Shown here piece after piece: positions 31,040 to 42,567 of a DNA stretch of 64,000 nucleotides (position 1 is its first letter; each line of letters starts with the position of its first letter). The notes below the pieces were generated by a model. That model had not been told where the DNA came from and made no database searches. It saw nothing but the letters and a program-made list of their open reading frames with translations. This DNA comes from an uncultured archaeon (GTDB taxonomy: Archaea; Thermoproteota; Bathyarchaeia; Bathyarchaeales; Bathycorpusculaceae). The stretch covers positions 1 to 64,000 of the forward strand of contig CAWALK010000001.1 of assembly GCA_963782915.1 (NCBI GenBank), in the 5' to 3' direction. Made by a program: the position numbers and the translations under genes.

Positions 31040-32414
31040 GTGAAGAGAGCTCTCGCAATAATTATGCTAAGTTGTATAATTGCATCAATATGTTTAATCA
31101 GCAACGTGCATGCGACGGATGCTATTGGAAGAATAACCTCCGATACAACTTGGACTAAATCCCAAAGCCCCATCACACTCACAGGACCAGTAAACGTCAA
31201 CACTGAAGTAACCTTAACAATTGAACCGGGCGTAACAGTCAAGCTCAACAATTACTACATCCAGGTGGAAGGTACTCTGCAGATCAAAGGCACAAGTTCG
31301 GACCTAATTCAGCTAAAAGGTGGAGACATAAGATTCATCGAAAACAGCATATAGATTGGAACGAACAAACTGGCAAGGGCTGCATAATCGAGTATGCCAC
31401 CCTAAACTCAGTGTCTGTGGGGACGGGTCAAAAAACAGTAAAAATAAACCAAAATTCGATAACTGGAGACGTTAATGTCGGGGGAGCTTCAATCGTTTCA
31501 AGCAACACAATCGTGGGCTCAATCAGTGTAATTGGAAAACCGATAATTTGGAAAAATACTATAACCGGCAGCATTAGCAGCATTGGAGTAGATACTACCT
31601 CGTCAAGTTATCCAATAATCTCAAGCAACACAATTTCTACTGGTTCTGATTATCAAAAGGATGGCATCATGGCTTCAGGTTATGCTCGAATTGAGGACAA
31701 TAAAATTTTTGGCTGTAGTTATGGCATTTACTTGTATACTCAGAGCGAGCAATTTGGTGGCCCAGCTGTTCCTAACGCTGTTATTCAGAGAAACGAGATA
31801 ACACAGAACACTGAAGGGATTCATATTCGGTTATGGACTGCTATGGCTTCTGGCAGCATAACTCCGACGATTTCAAGCAACGCCATCTCAAGCAACCAAG
31901 TTGGTATTACTAGTTGAGGGTACAGGTCAATACTTAAAAGTTGATAATAACAACATAGAAGCCAACTCAGAATATAACATAAAATTATCAGGTGAAAGCG
32001 GAGACATAAAAGCCACCTCCAATTGGTGGGGAACAACCGACAAATCCACCATCAGCCAAAAAATTTATGATACCAACCGTGACTTTAACTTGGGCACAGT
32101 AAATTTTGAACCCTTCCTGACAGCAAAAAATACAGAGGCGGTGCCAAACGAAAACGCTCCTATGCCAACCGTGCAATCCACAGTTTCGCCGACGCCCAAT
32201 CAAACCATCCAACCCACTGATGCACCAACAGCAACTCCACCTGCGACCGCCACACCAGCAGCCACTCAAACACCAACCCCACCCAATACCGACAAACCAA
32301 TCTTTGGCAGCCTTTGAACTGGAACTGGGCATCTTTGCAGCCCTAATAGCGGTGATTGTGTTGCTCGCTGTGTTGATTGTGCTTGTGCTAAAACGGCGGT
32401 CCTTACAAAGGTAG
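31040..32414 (+). CDS. secreted right-handed beta-helix surface protein with C-terminal TM (frameshifted)
   Basis: Signal peptide; ITSDTTWTKSQSP..LTIEPGVTV; I..N.I repeats; ATSNWWGTTD; P/T linker; TM + KRR. Confidence 0.8.
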
Positions 32415-32632
32415 CTATCTTGACTATCCTCGGTTGCTTTATTATGAGAGGGAAAGTAGTGGCGGCTGAAGGGTCTGGGGTTAATAACTTTAGGTTACTT
32501 CCGCACGGAATTGCAGGCAATACAACGGCAAACGTCCAGTTAGAGCACGCTAATCACAACAAACATTGCATTAACCCAACGCATACTCAATGAATGCACT
32601 CTAACTCAACAAGGGTTAAGCCGCATTTGTCA

Positions 32633-32670
32633 TTCTATATATAAGGGGAGGGGGCTCTCGGCAGAGCAGC
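32633..32670 (+). repeat. dispersed intergenic repeat, module A (short copy)
   Basis: TTCTATATATAAGGGGAGGGGGCTCTCGGCAGAGCAGC matches 60953-60988 and 61005-61026. Confidence 0.7.
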
Positions 32671-32680
32671 TAACGTTAGC

Positions 32681-34407
32681 CTATGATTCAAGCGCCTTCT
32701 CCGAAGCATGCGCATAGACACTCGCGAATTTCTTAACAAGGTCTTTAGGCGTATAGATTGATGAGTGCAGATGGAAAAAGTTGCTCATCCTATCCGTTTC
32801 CACACCAATACCGATGACTATGACGTTTTTGCGGACCAAATCATCGACGCATTCCTTCAAGGCAATGGGCATGTTGGCGTAACCATACGGCCACCCATCC
32901 GAAATCACAACCAATATACGCTGTTCCTCAAAGCGTTTCGCAAGCATCTTACCGCCAATCGTGATAGCATCAGGAATATACGTTAAACCTTCAAACTTTA
33001 ACCCGCCAATTCGTGCCCGAACACGCTTAGAATACGATTCGGTACTGTCTTTTAAGATATAGAATCGGTCGCTGAAAGCAAAAAACGTCCAAGAAGTTGG
33101 ATCCGTCATCAATTCACGGGCGGCTTCGGCCACAGCGATAGCTAAGGCGCGCCCAAATTCGCCCTTAACCTGCATGCTGTGGCTTACATCGAAGATAAGT
33201 GACCAAGCATAACTCGGCTGCAAATACTCATCCAAATTAAACACGTCAGTTGCAGGCTTGTTAGCGGCTAACGACTGAATAACCGCAGGCAAATCCAGTT
33301 GCCCCATCTCCTGACGTGGGTCCTCATCCAAATAATTAAAGGCTGAACGCAAAATATCCAAAACACGACGGCTCGTACCCTGCACCAAAGTCCTCGCACG
33401 AAGATACTGGGTATAGTCTTCTTCTGGGATAGCAACCGATTTCAAACGTGTTAAACCCATGTAAGGCGCAATTTTTTGGAGGATTCTTGTCTCTCTTTGC
33501 TTCTGGTAATGATCAGCATTAAACGCTTGCAGAGCCTCTGCCTCTTGCTCTACACGCCACAACTGCTCAATATGATCCACGGATGGGACATCGCCGCCCA
33601 TAGCCATAAGCGACTGCACAAATAACCCCTCAAAATCCTCAACAGACATAGCTGCTCCTTCTATGTCAGTGTAGATGCTGTTGCGTCCAATGTTTTCTGT
33701 ATGCTTAAACGATGGAGCCTCCAAAAAAGGCCCAAACGGTTCAAGCGAATCTTTGATTATCTTCACTTTTTCATCAAATACATCGTTGAACTTTACTTCG
33801 TCGCCGGCAATCGACATCATGAAAGTTTCCTTAAGCGCCATCAAGTCACTATGGAGTTTATTGACAACCTTCTCTTCTTCGATACCCGGCGAATTCTTCA
33901 TAGAACCCACATAGAGCTGAGTTAGTAATGCAGACATTAACTTGGTTGAGGAAGTGAAAATTCTGTCACAGGACTTAATTTTTTGGTAAGCAAGCGCGTT
34001 GGCGTATGCTAAGTCAAAGAAGCGGTCTGGGTACCATGCTTGAATGTAAGAGTTAATGTATATGTCATTGACTAAGGATTTGGCGTATGCGTCTAGTATA
34101 CCGTCTTTTGGGTTCGGCACAATCCTGATTCTTTGTAAAGGGCGCTATTGTGTGCAGGGTTAGGTGCATTACAGATGCACGAAAGACCCTGCCCAGCCTG
34201 GATTTGCCGTTGTTGTCTCCGGCGAATTTTAAGCCAAGAAAACTGATTGTGCCATCTTTTTGCAAATGAACAGCGGGCAACTTTATAGTAAACCCGACTT
34301 CATCCCCAAGCAGCAACTGGCTGCTCTAAGGCTTCATCTTGGAGAATCTTTACTTTCGTGTTATCTTTTTGTAGAGAAACCGCCCAAGCATAATCAATAA
34401 AACCCAA
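32681..34407 (-). CDS. vWA domain protein, NorD/CbbO-like (frameshifted)
   Basis: GQLDLPAVI; MIDAS DVSHS, GLTY, VISDGWP, IGIGV; N-terminus reconstructed from TTG 34407 preceded by GGGGAG. Confidence 0.85.
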
Positions 34408-34424
34408 TGGCGAATGCTCCCCGA

Positions 34425-35445
34425 CTATTTTCAGGAAGACCGGTTCAAGGATTCTCCGTACATCAGCCTGCACTTCAACGTTGTCGCTGGTTAACCCAAT
34501 GATTGTTTCTTCCGCAGCCTCCATAGGTGTCATACCATCGAAAACCAATGTTGCCCAGTTGATCAAGTCACCAAGCGATGGGCCATAAGGTAAATCGCCT
34601 GCTTTGTACTGCCGACGCAACTCTGCACCCGCTTGAATGATGCCATAAGCGATTTCTTGGCTAACTTTGGTTCTTTTACGCAGCATCTCCACCTCGTCAG
34701 GGCTAATCTTTTCACCCACACTGAGGAAATCGAAGTTGATCCACACAGCCATTCGACGTCGCATGGCTGCGTTAAGCGGTTTGGTACCTGAAAATTCAGC
34801 GGTGGCTGGGTTCATGCTGATGATCATGTAACCGTATTTGTGGCGTTCGATGACTTCGCTGTCTTTCTCGTTAAGCACAAGGTGACCTCTTGTGTCCAGC
34901 ACTGGGTTGAGTCTTGTGGCGACGTCTTGTTTCATCATGTTGGCTTCGTCGAGGTACATGATGCCGCCTTTACGCAGCCACTGAGTCAAGAGTCCGTCCA
35001 CCCAGTTTTCTTTGCCCAAACCGATGAATCTACCGATCAAATCGAAGCTGCTGGTGCTTAAACCGCAGTTGACTTCCCAAATCGGTAAACCTGTGAGTTC
35101 AGCTACGAGGTAGACGATGTGGGTTTTGCCGGTTCCTGAAGGCCCAATCAAACTGCACTGCTTAAAATAATAGAGTGCGCGTACCATGCGTTCTACGTAG
35201 TTTAAGCCGTGGTCTAAGTATTCGGGTGTGCCCTTGGGGATCATATCGTCTAAGTGGGCGAAACTAAAGTTCGGATGCAAATCGAAGCGTTGAATGTTAT
35301 ACTTGTTGTATAGCGGCGAAGTGGACATTGGGCGCTCTTTATCCAGGGAGACGGTTACCTTGAATTTATCCTGTTTTAGCGAGGAAACCTCTTGGATTCT
35401 GCTCGCAGCCGCCTTTTCCTTTAAGCCCTGATGACCATAACTCAT
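34425..35445 (-). CDS. MoxR-family AAA+ ATPase (CbbQ/NorQ/GvpN-like)
   Basis: Walker A GPSGTGKT, DLIG, WVDGLL, Walker B YLDEAN, SMNP, LNAAMRRR; true stop probably at 34425 after a homopolymer indel. Confidence 0.9.
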
Positions 35446-35711
35446 ATAGCATTGCCTCTAAGACAGCACCAGATGGGTAGACTCCGTAATTAAGTATTGT
35501 TGATTACTACTCAATAGACAAACTCCATAATACAAACCCGCAAAAACTCCACAAAACAAACCTAAAATATATCAAACAAAAATAACTATCGCGGAAAGAC
35601 ACTAAACTTGCCGCCAAAAACAACTGACTGCTCACTTGTAAAATATGACACAGGGCTACACAACCCTTTTATATATTATCGCAAGAGTTACGATACAAGA
35701 GGCAAACTGAA

Positions 35712-36080
35712 ATGGGAACAATAATGATAGTTGACGACGCTTCCTTCATGCGAGCGGTACTTAAAAAGATTGTACTTCAAGCAGGCCATGAAGTAATCGC
35801 TGAGGCTGGTAACGGTGACGACGCGATTGCTCAATTCCAAGCAGCCCAACCGGATTTGGTACTGATGGATATTATCATGCCGCCTGGACCTAAAGCTAAA
35901 GATGGTATTGAAGCGCTTAGGCATATTGTTGCTGCTAATCCGGCTGCGAAGGTTGTTATGTGCAGTTCTATGGGTCAGCAAGCTTTGATTGCTGAAGCGT
36001 TGAAGTCCGGTGCGAAGGATTTCGTGATTAAGCCTTTCCAGCCACAGAAAGTACTAGAAGTATTGTCAAAGTACGCTTGA
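35712..36080 (+). CDS. cheY: chemotaxis response regulator CheY
   Basis: IMIVDDASFMR, PDLVLMDIIMP, VVMCSSMGQQ, GAKDFVIKPFQ. Confidence 0.9.
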   Translation: MGTIMIVDDASFMRAVLKKIVLQAGHEVIAEAGNGDDAIAQFQAAQPDLVLMDIIMPPGPKAKDGIEALRHIVAANPAAKVVMCSSMGQQALIAEALKSGAKDFVIKPFQPQKVLEVLSKYA

Positions 36081-36090
36081 GGAAAAGTCT

Positions 36091-36705
36091 GTGCTCTCTC
36101 CTACAGTAGGCAACCACTTCAAAAATGGATGGCTGAGTTTGCCAAAGCGGTTAGTTGCCTATCAACAGTTAGAGCCAGTAACATCAGTAGTAGTGGATAC
36201 TAACACAACATACACACACCATCCGCAAGTGGAGGAGGTTCGAGTGGACATGGCGGGAATGAAAGTGGATAGCAGACCTGTTGAGCTTGTAACAAGTGTT
36301 GGGTCATGCATAGGCATCTGCCTGTATGATTCAATACATAGATGTGGGGGGTTGGCTCACATTATGCTTCCACATTCCAGCCTTGGACCACTTGAGCCTC
36401 TTCCATCAAAATATGCCGACACCGCGGTAATTGCCCTGAAAAATGGTATAAAAGAGTTAACCGGTCGAGAGAACCGTCTTTCAGCAAAGATTGCAGGAGG
36501 CGCTAATATGTTCGCGAATACGAGTGCCAATGGGTTAGATATTGGTGCTAAGAACATAAAAGCGGTTAGGGCGATACTGGAGGAGCATCGGATTCGGCTT
36601 GTCGGTGAAGATGTCGGGGGTTCGCATGGACGAAGGATAAACTTCGACCTTGCAAATGGAGTTACAGTCGTTCGTTTACATAATGGAGAAACAAGAAAAA
36701 TATGA
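36091..36705 (+). CDS. cheD: chemoreceptor glutamine deamidase CheD
   Basis: VGSCIGICLYD, GGLAHIMLP, KYADTA, KIAGGANMF, IGAKN, EDVGGSHGR; start may lie downstream. Confidence 0.92.
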   Translation: MLSPTVGNHFKNGWLSLPKRLVAYQQLEPVTSVVVDTNTTYTHHPQVEEVRVDMAGMKVDSRPVELVTSVGSCIGICLYDSIHRCGGLAHIMLPHSSLGPLEPLPSKYADTAVIALKNGIKELTGRENRLSAKIAGGANMFANTSANGLDIGAKNIKAVRAILEEHRIRLVGEDVGGSHGRRINFDLANGVTVVRLHNGETRKI

Positions 36706-37364
36706 TCAACTTAAACACACCACCAAAAATAGAAACTACATTTAAGGCTGAAGAGGAATCACCCCTTGATCTGGGGATTCTTCTTGAGCTAGGCAGCATA
36801 GGTGCAGGGCATGCCGCAACTTCGCTGTCTGATGTTCTGCAGCAGCCAATATCAATCGATGTACCCAGAATCCACACGGTAAAGCCACATTTGCTTCCGG
36901 GATTCTATGACTTACACGATATGCCGACAACCGCGATTTACCTGCAGCTTGCGGACAAGTACGGCATGGATATTCTGTTAACATTCGAACAGCATGAAGC
37001 ACGCAAAATCGCTGCAATGATGAATATGTGCAATTCCGTGGATGAGTTGGATCCTTCAATGGAGACATCTGCACTACAGGAACTGGGCAACATCTTGATC
37101 GGGTCATTCCTAACTTCGATTTCAGATTTCGTTGGAATAACAATGATGCCGACAACACCTCAGACAGTCACCGACGGATTCGACGCCATATTGGATAATT
37201 TCCTAATTAAGCAATCCATGGTTTCAGAGAATGCATTGGTGTTCGAAACCCGCTTTAGACGTGCCGGCGAAGACGCTAACGCTAAATCCATACTGATAAT
37301 CTTCCCGACTCAGGAGCTAAAAGACCTCTTGGTTGAGAAATCAAAAGCAATGATGGGTATCTAG
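36702..37364 (+). CDS. cheC: chemotaxis phosphatase CheC
   Basis: ELGSIGAGHAATSLS and SALQELGNILIGSFL repeats. Confidence 0.9.
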   Translation: MINLNTPPKIETTFKAEEESPLDLGILLELGSIGAGHAATSLSDVLQQPISIDVPRIHTVKPHLLPGFYDLHDMPTTAIYLQLADKYGMDILLTFEQHEARKIAAMMNMCNSVDELDPSMETSALQELGNILIGSFLTSISDFVGITMMPTTPQTVTDGFDAILDNFLIKQSMVSENALVFETRFRRAGEDANAKSILIIFPTQELKDLLVEKSKAMMGI

Positions 37365-37370
37365 GAATAA

Positions 37371-38248
37371 GTGGGGGGAAAAGCGGTGTTGGAGCAGTCA
37401 AAGGCAGAAGTACTTCAAGACTATTTAGAAAATAGTTCATACCAAAAAGTAAAAAGAATGATCGGGGAATCTGCAGGTTTGAACTGCTCCGGCTACCGCG
37501 ATGAATACCTTAAACGCCGCTTCGAAATCCGTTTGCGTGCAACTGGCACAATCACATATTCCAAATATGTCTTGTACCTCAAAAAGACACCCTGAAGAAT
37601 TCACTAACCTACTAAACGATTTAACAATCAACTATACAACGTTTTTCCGGGACACCGATGTCTACGAGCATCTGGAGCATAAACTGCTGCCAAAGCTGTT
37701 TATGTCTAAGAATCCGGTGAAAATCTGGAGCGCCGGTTGCGCGAGTGGTGAAGAACCTTATTCGCTTGCGATTTTGGTGCACAAAATCCTTGGGAGCAGA
37801 TTAGCGGAGCATCCAGTGAGCATAATTGCTTCGGACATCGATAAGGACGCGTTGGGCAAAGCCATGCGGGGGAGTTATGGATTGCGGCAGGTGAGTACAA
37901 TGTCTTCTTCGATGATTGAGCAGTTCTTCACCAAAGAAAGCGACGGCACATTATGTGGTTAAGGATTTCGTGAAAGACCTCATCCGTTTTGAACGTTTTG
38001 ACTTAATGAAAACCCCCATCCATGTCAACTTCGATTTGATACTCTGCCGCAACGTCATGATTTACTTCAGCAAAGAAGGCCAACAGCACATCCACATGAC
38101 CTTCTATCGAGCACTCAAAGACGGCGGATACATGATTACCGGAAAATCAGAAATTCTCTCGGGTGAACCAGCCGAAGTATTCACAGCACTGGATTACTTG
38201 ACCCGAGTTTACCAGAAACCGCCAAGACCAGCCTTCATACCAACCTAA
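37371..38248 (+). CDS. cheR: chemotaxis methyltransferase CheR (frameshifted)
   Basis: LTINYTTFFRD, IWSAGCASGEEPYSLA, ASDID, FDLILCRNVMIYF. Confidence 0.92.
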
Positions 38249-38315
38249 TTCTACCTTTGCGGGTTTTCCATTAAATCCAAACCGAGTTCAGTTCGAAGGG
38301 TCTAAATTGTTGGCA

Positions 38316-38357
38316 GTGGTCTGCCAAGAGACCCTCCTCCCTTATTTATAGGCTCAA
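38316..38357 (-). repeat. dispersed intergenic repeat, module A (short inverted copy)
   Basis: Reverse complement TTGAGCCTATAAATAAGGGAGGAGGGTCTCTTGGCAGACCAC. Confidence 0.6.
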
Positions 38358-38493
38358 TAAGTGTTGGGTTCTGCGTTTTGGTTGTTAACGTTCATTGGTT
38401 ACCAGGACAGGGCAAGCTGCGTTTGTTAGGGGAATTGTTCCGGTTTATAGGCGGCTGTTTTTGGGCTCGGTTGGTTTTGGGTGTTTGGGGTTC

Positions 38494-38566
38494 TGTTGCT
38501 TTGCCAATGACCCCCCTCCCCTATAAATAGATTCAATGGCTGGTTCAACTTGCAATTGGCAGAAAA
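38494..38566 (-). repeat. dispersed intergenic repeat, module A (long inverted copy)
   Basis: Reverse complement matches 60917-60989 at 63/73 ungapped by hand. Confidence 0.85.
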
Positions 38567-39253
38567 CTATTGAAATCATTGAACAGCGCAATACAAGTCG
38601 GGCACTGGCATAGCTGATTCAAACCACTCCCCATCACTCCACAGCAAAGACACTAGAAGCCCATAAAGAAATTTTTAAACAGAAAGTAGAACAAAAAATG
38701 TTTAACTAAAACAACTAATCGAGAAGCGGACAGGCAAGAACCGTATGCAGGCACACGTTTCATAAACAATCAACAAAACGCAAGTAACCTTATCTTTTAT
38801 TATGGCTTACGCTTTTCGCCCTTACTTAAAAACGAAACAGATAGCCCAAAATTACGCGAGGTCTATCAAGTTGACTCTTCTTTTTTTAAAGCAAAAAATA
38901 AGCCAAAAAGGTTGTTATCAAGGAACGCATAAAGAGTAAAACAGATTCATCGAGTTTGTCATTCAAGGCAATCTTGTTTGGCATAATTAGAGCTGCTGTC
39001 TTTTTTATTTGCGTCTTGGTTGGGATTGCAGATGGGTTTGAAGACTTCTGCAAATAGACCTCAACTTTGATCTACTGTTACATAGGGTCCATTATGAAGC
39101 CACATTAGTTTAGTCAACAAACATTGACTTACCATAGTCAAGAAACCTTGACCAAAGCGCTTTATTACATCAGCAGACAGAGTCAAACAGGAATCAGCAA
39201 AGCATACCCAGTCGTTGGGTATGGGGGTTGTTTGCAAAAATATATGAATAAAG

Positions 39254-40905
39254 ATGCAATATGCACAGCCATGGGTGTGGGTACAAATTAAACGGCGCAT
39301 GCTTGTAGGGTTAACTATTGCAGTTTTGGTCGCCGTCTGCTTCTTGAGTACGCAGGTTGTGCAGCCGGCAGAATCATGCTATGGCCCCCACATCTCAGCT
39401 GACATAGACCGCACACAACTAACATTAACCAAACCGTCACTGTCACAGGACAGGTTTGTCCCGCCGCAGAAAACAAAACCGTCCGAATAACCTTCACACG
39501 ACCAGATTATACTTATGTCGAACAGTATGTGTTAACTAACCCCGAAACCGGCAACTTTTCTGTTACACAGAAGCTTGACATGGCGGGGTACTGGAACATA
39601 TTTGCCATAGATGGCCACATCTGTGACCGCCTATTCGCAGAAGTCACAGACCCCGCAAATCCAAACGCGCCCCTGCCAACGCCCAGCACAACCATAAATT
39701 ACAAATGGAATTACACCGTCATGGCTGTAACCGCCGTTTTCCTAAGTTTAGGCTCAGTCATCTCCTATTTTGGAACACGAAATAAAACACGAAAAATTAC
39801 GTCCATTCGAACATTTGTTCAGATATGCTTGATTTTTATTATTTTCTTCGGCATCTTCAACGACCACTTCACATTGCCTGTGCCTGCCGCACAGATTGCA
39901 CCCCATGAACTAGACATCTCAACCAACGTGTTAGGCGTGGATATGCCTGATGGGTTGCCTGCGCCCTTCTTTGGTTGCTATTACCCCTGTGGCCGATCCG
40001 TAACCTGTGCGCTTTGGCAGATTCAAGCCTACATTTACCCCTTCTTTGATGTTGGCGGCGGCTGGGGTGTACATTATTCCTCTGAAGGATTACTTCGGTT
40101 AGGAGTGGTTTTCGGCATCATAATCATAGCAGCTGTACTCTTGGGCAGATTCTTCTGCGGTTGGGTATGTCCCTTTGGTTTATATCTTCGATTTGATGAC
40201 TCGACTACGAAAAGCCCTAAGAGTTAAACGCAGGCTCTTCTCAGACAAATTTAACGAACGATTCCACCAGTTGGCTACCTGATACTTGCGCTCATAATAA
40301 TTGTCAGCGTAATTTTCGCATCACAAGCCATCACAGGCACCCAACTCGTACCCGGCACAGAAAAAGGCGGCTCCATCTACACCTACTTCTCAGCGCCATT
40401 CTGCCAAGTCTGCCCTATGAAGCCACTGTGCCTCTTAGCAGAATCAAGCGTGGGCTTAATGAAGCTAGAATGGCTCACACAGAACACAACAGGACAATTC
40501 TTTGAGGTTGGATTCTACTTAACCTCAACCAACCTTATCATACTCGCAATAGTCACCATCGCAGCATTCTTCTTCAAAAGGTCATGGTGCCAAATCTGCC
40601 CCTTGGGCGCATTAATTGCGCTGTTCAACAGGTTCCCGCCGTTCAAATGGATTTCAGGAGTCCGCCTAAACAAAGTGGAAGAAAAATGCACCAAATGCGG
40701 CATATGCAAACGAGTCTGCCCAACCCAAGTCAAAGACGTCTATGAGAAGAAAGGCGGCGACGTAGCCAATTCACAGTGCATCTACTGTCTGCGTTGTGTA
40801 GAGATGTGTCCTCAAGAGGATTGCCTGCAATTCAAGGTGGTAGGGCAGAAAGTGGTCAAATCTAGGAACTGGTTAAATAAATCAGATACTGTAAAGTTGG
40901 AGTAA
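39254..40905 (+). CDS. membrane 4Fe-4S binding protein, NapH/MauN-like, with extracellular N-terminal domain (frameshifted)
   Basis: LLGRFFCGWVCPFG, FCQVCP, WCQICPLGA, CTKCGICKRVCP, CIYCLRCVEMCP. Confidence 0.85.
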
Positions 40906-40919
40906 TGGAGAGGGCTTGA

Positions 40920-41864
40920 GTGCAGAAAAAAACGTTAGCTGTTTGGGTGGCTGCAATTTTGGTTATTTCGGTGTTGGCTGGTTTAATAGCTTTTAAGCCG
41001 TCAGAGCAAAATACGCAGACGTCCCTGCAGAATATAGTCATAAAGCCGGATGGCAGCGTTTCCCCCTTCGATGCCCCGATAGTGCGTGTTGGGGATGTTT
41101 ACACGTTCACCGGTGACATTTATGGGACAATAAAAATTCAGAAAAGCAACATAGTCCTCAACGGTGCAGGCTACACTCTAAAAGGGCCATATAATGGTTC
41201 TCAAGCTAACGTTTGGGTTGTCGGTGATGGACCTAAGCAGTCTCCAGACCTTATTGCGGAATACATTATCGGCGTTGATTTCAACAAAAACACCGAGGGC
41301 ATAATTATCCAGGACTTGAATGTCAAAAACTTCAGCATAGGCATGTATGTTTGGACAGAAAACAACACAGTTACCGGATGCGCAGTTTCAGATAGCATCG
41401 TAGGCATATTGCTTTCAGGCCAAAACAACAGCATAACCTACAACTACATCGAGGACAACAAGCAGGGCCTTTTCATGGGCTTCAACAACGAAGGCAACAC
41501 AACAATACCCCCCGACATCATAATCCACCATAACGACTTCGAAAACAACGATGTACAACTAAACGGCTGCAACTGTCTAGCCCTTAACAGCTCAGAAACC
41601 CCCCATCACTGGGATGACGGCAGCCAAGGCAACTACTGGAGCGACTACAACGGCACAGACACTAACAGCGACGGCATAGGAGACACACCCTACACGGTTG
41701 ACGCATTAAACATTGACCGCTACCCCCTAATAATGAGCCCCTACCAAGCCAGAGCCATAGCGCTTACCCCAACATTTGACCCTGTTATCCTCGCTTTCGC
41801 ATTTGCTTTCCTCGCACTTGCCACATACCTAATAGTAATGCTGCTAAGAAAACGAAAACACTAA
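40920..41864 (+). CDS. NosD-domain (beta-helix) membrane-anchored protein
   Basis: IVIKPDGSV..API.R.GDVYTFTGDI, WDDGSQGNYWSDYNGTD.NSDGIGDTPY, DRYPL, C-terminal TM. Confidence 0.85.
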   Translation: MQKKTLAVWVAAILVISVLAGLIAFKPSEQNTQTSLQNIVIKPDGSVSPFDAPIVRVGDVYTFTGDIYGTIKIQKSNIVLNGAGYTLKGPYNGSQANVWVVGDGPKQSPDLIAEYIIGVDFNKNTEGIIIQDLNVKNFSIGMYVWTENNTVTGCAVSDSIVGILLSGQNNSITYNYIEDNKQGLFMGFNNEGNTTIPPDIIIHHNDFENNDVQLNGCNCLALNSSETPHHWDDGSQGNYWSDYNGTDTNSDGIGDTPYTVDALNIDRYPLIMSPYQARAIALTPTFDPVILAFAFAFLALATYLIVMLLRKRKH

Positions 41865-41918
41865 TTCTGCGCTACTTTTTTATCAAAGCCCCAATTAACA
41901 AGTTAATGGTAATCTCAC

Positions 41919-42539
41919 ATGAAAGTTGTCGCTTTTAACGGAAGCCCAAGAAAAGACGGAAACACCGCGATTTTAATCAACAGAGTACTCAAAGAACTCC
42001 AAGCAGAAGGTATAGAAACCGAATTCATCCAGCTTGGCGGCCAGATGATCCATGGCTGCATGGCATGCGGAACCTGCAGAAAAATCAAAAACCAAGAATG
42101 CAAAATCGTAAACGACAACGTAAACCTATACATCCAAAAAATGGCTCAAGCCGACGGCATCATACTTGGTTCCCCAACATACTTCTCCATGATGACCCCC
42201 GAACTTAAAGCCCTCATCGACCGTGCAGGATACGTTTCAATGTCAAATGACGGCATGTTTACACGCAAAGTCGGCGCTGCAGTGGTCGCAGTACGCAGAA
42301 CAGGCGCCATGCCCACATTTGATGCCATAAACCACTTCTTCCTCATTAGCGAAATGATAATTCCCGGCTCATCCTACTGGAACGTCGGGTTCGGCAGAGC
42401 TAAAGGCGACGTAGAAAAAGACGAAGAAGGCTTAGAAACTATGGAGACACTGGGCAAAAATATGGCTTGGCTACTAAAACAACTAAACCCCTCAACTGCG
42501 GTGCCGCCTAGTCACCCGTCATTTTTTAGTCAAGCATAA
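41919..42539 (+). CDS. iron-sulfur flavoprotein (flavodoxin-like, Isf family)
   Basis: [16 protein letters not shown]....[20 protein letters not shown]. Confidence 0.92.
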   Translation: MKVVAFNGSPRKDGNTAILINRVLKELQAEGIETEFIQLGGQMIHGCMACGTCRKIKNQECKIVNDNVNLYIQKMAQADGIILGSPTYFSMMTPELKALIDRAGYVSMSNDGMFTRKVGAAVVAVRRTGAMPTFDAINHFFLISEMIIPGSSYWNVGFGRAKGDVEKDEEGLETMETLGKNMAWLLKQLNPSTAVPPSHPSFFSQA

Positions 42540-42567
42540 AAAAGAAAAATTGCCCAAAAAAGGGCTT

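Noticed and set aside
34300-35445. Apparent fusion or read-through of the AAA+ ATPase into the vWA N-terminus
   Set aside because: Removing one A from an A-run gives a TAG at 34425, followed by GGGGAG and a TTG start; most simply an indel error
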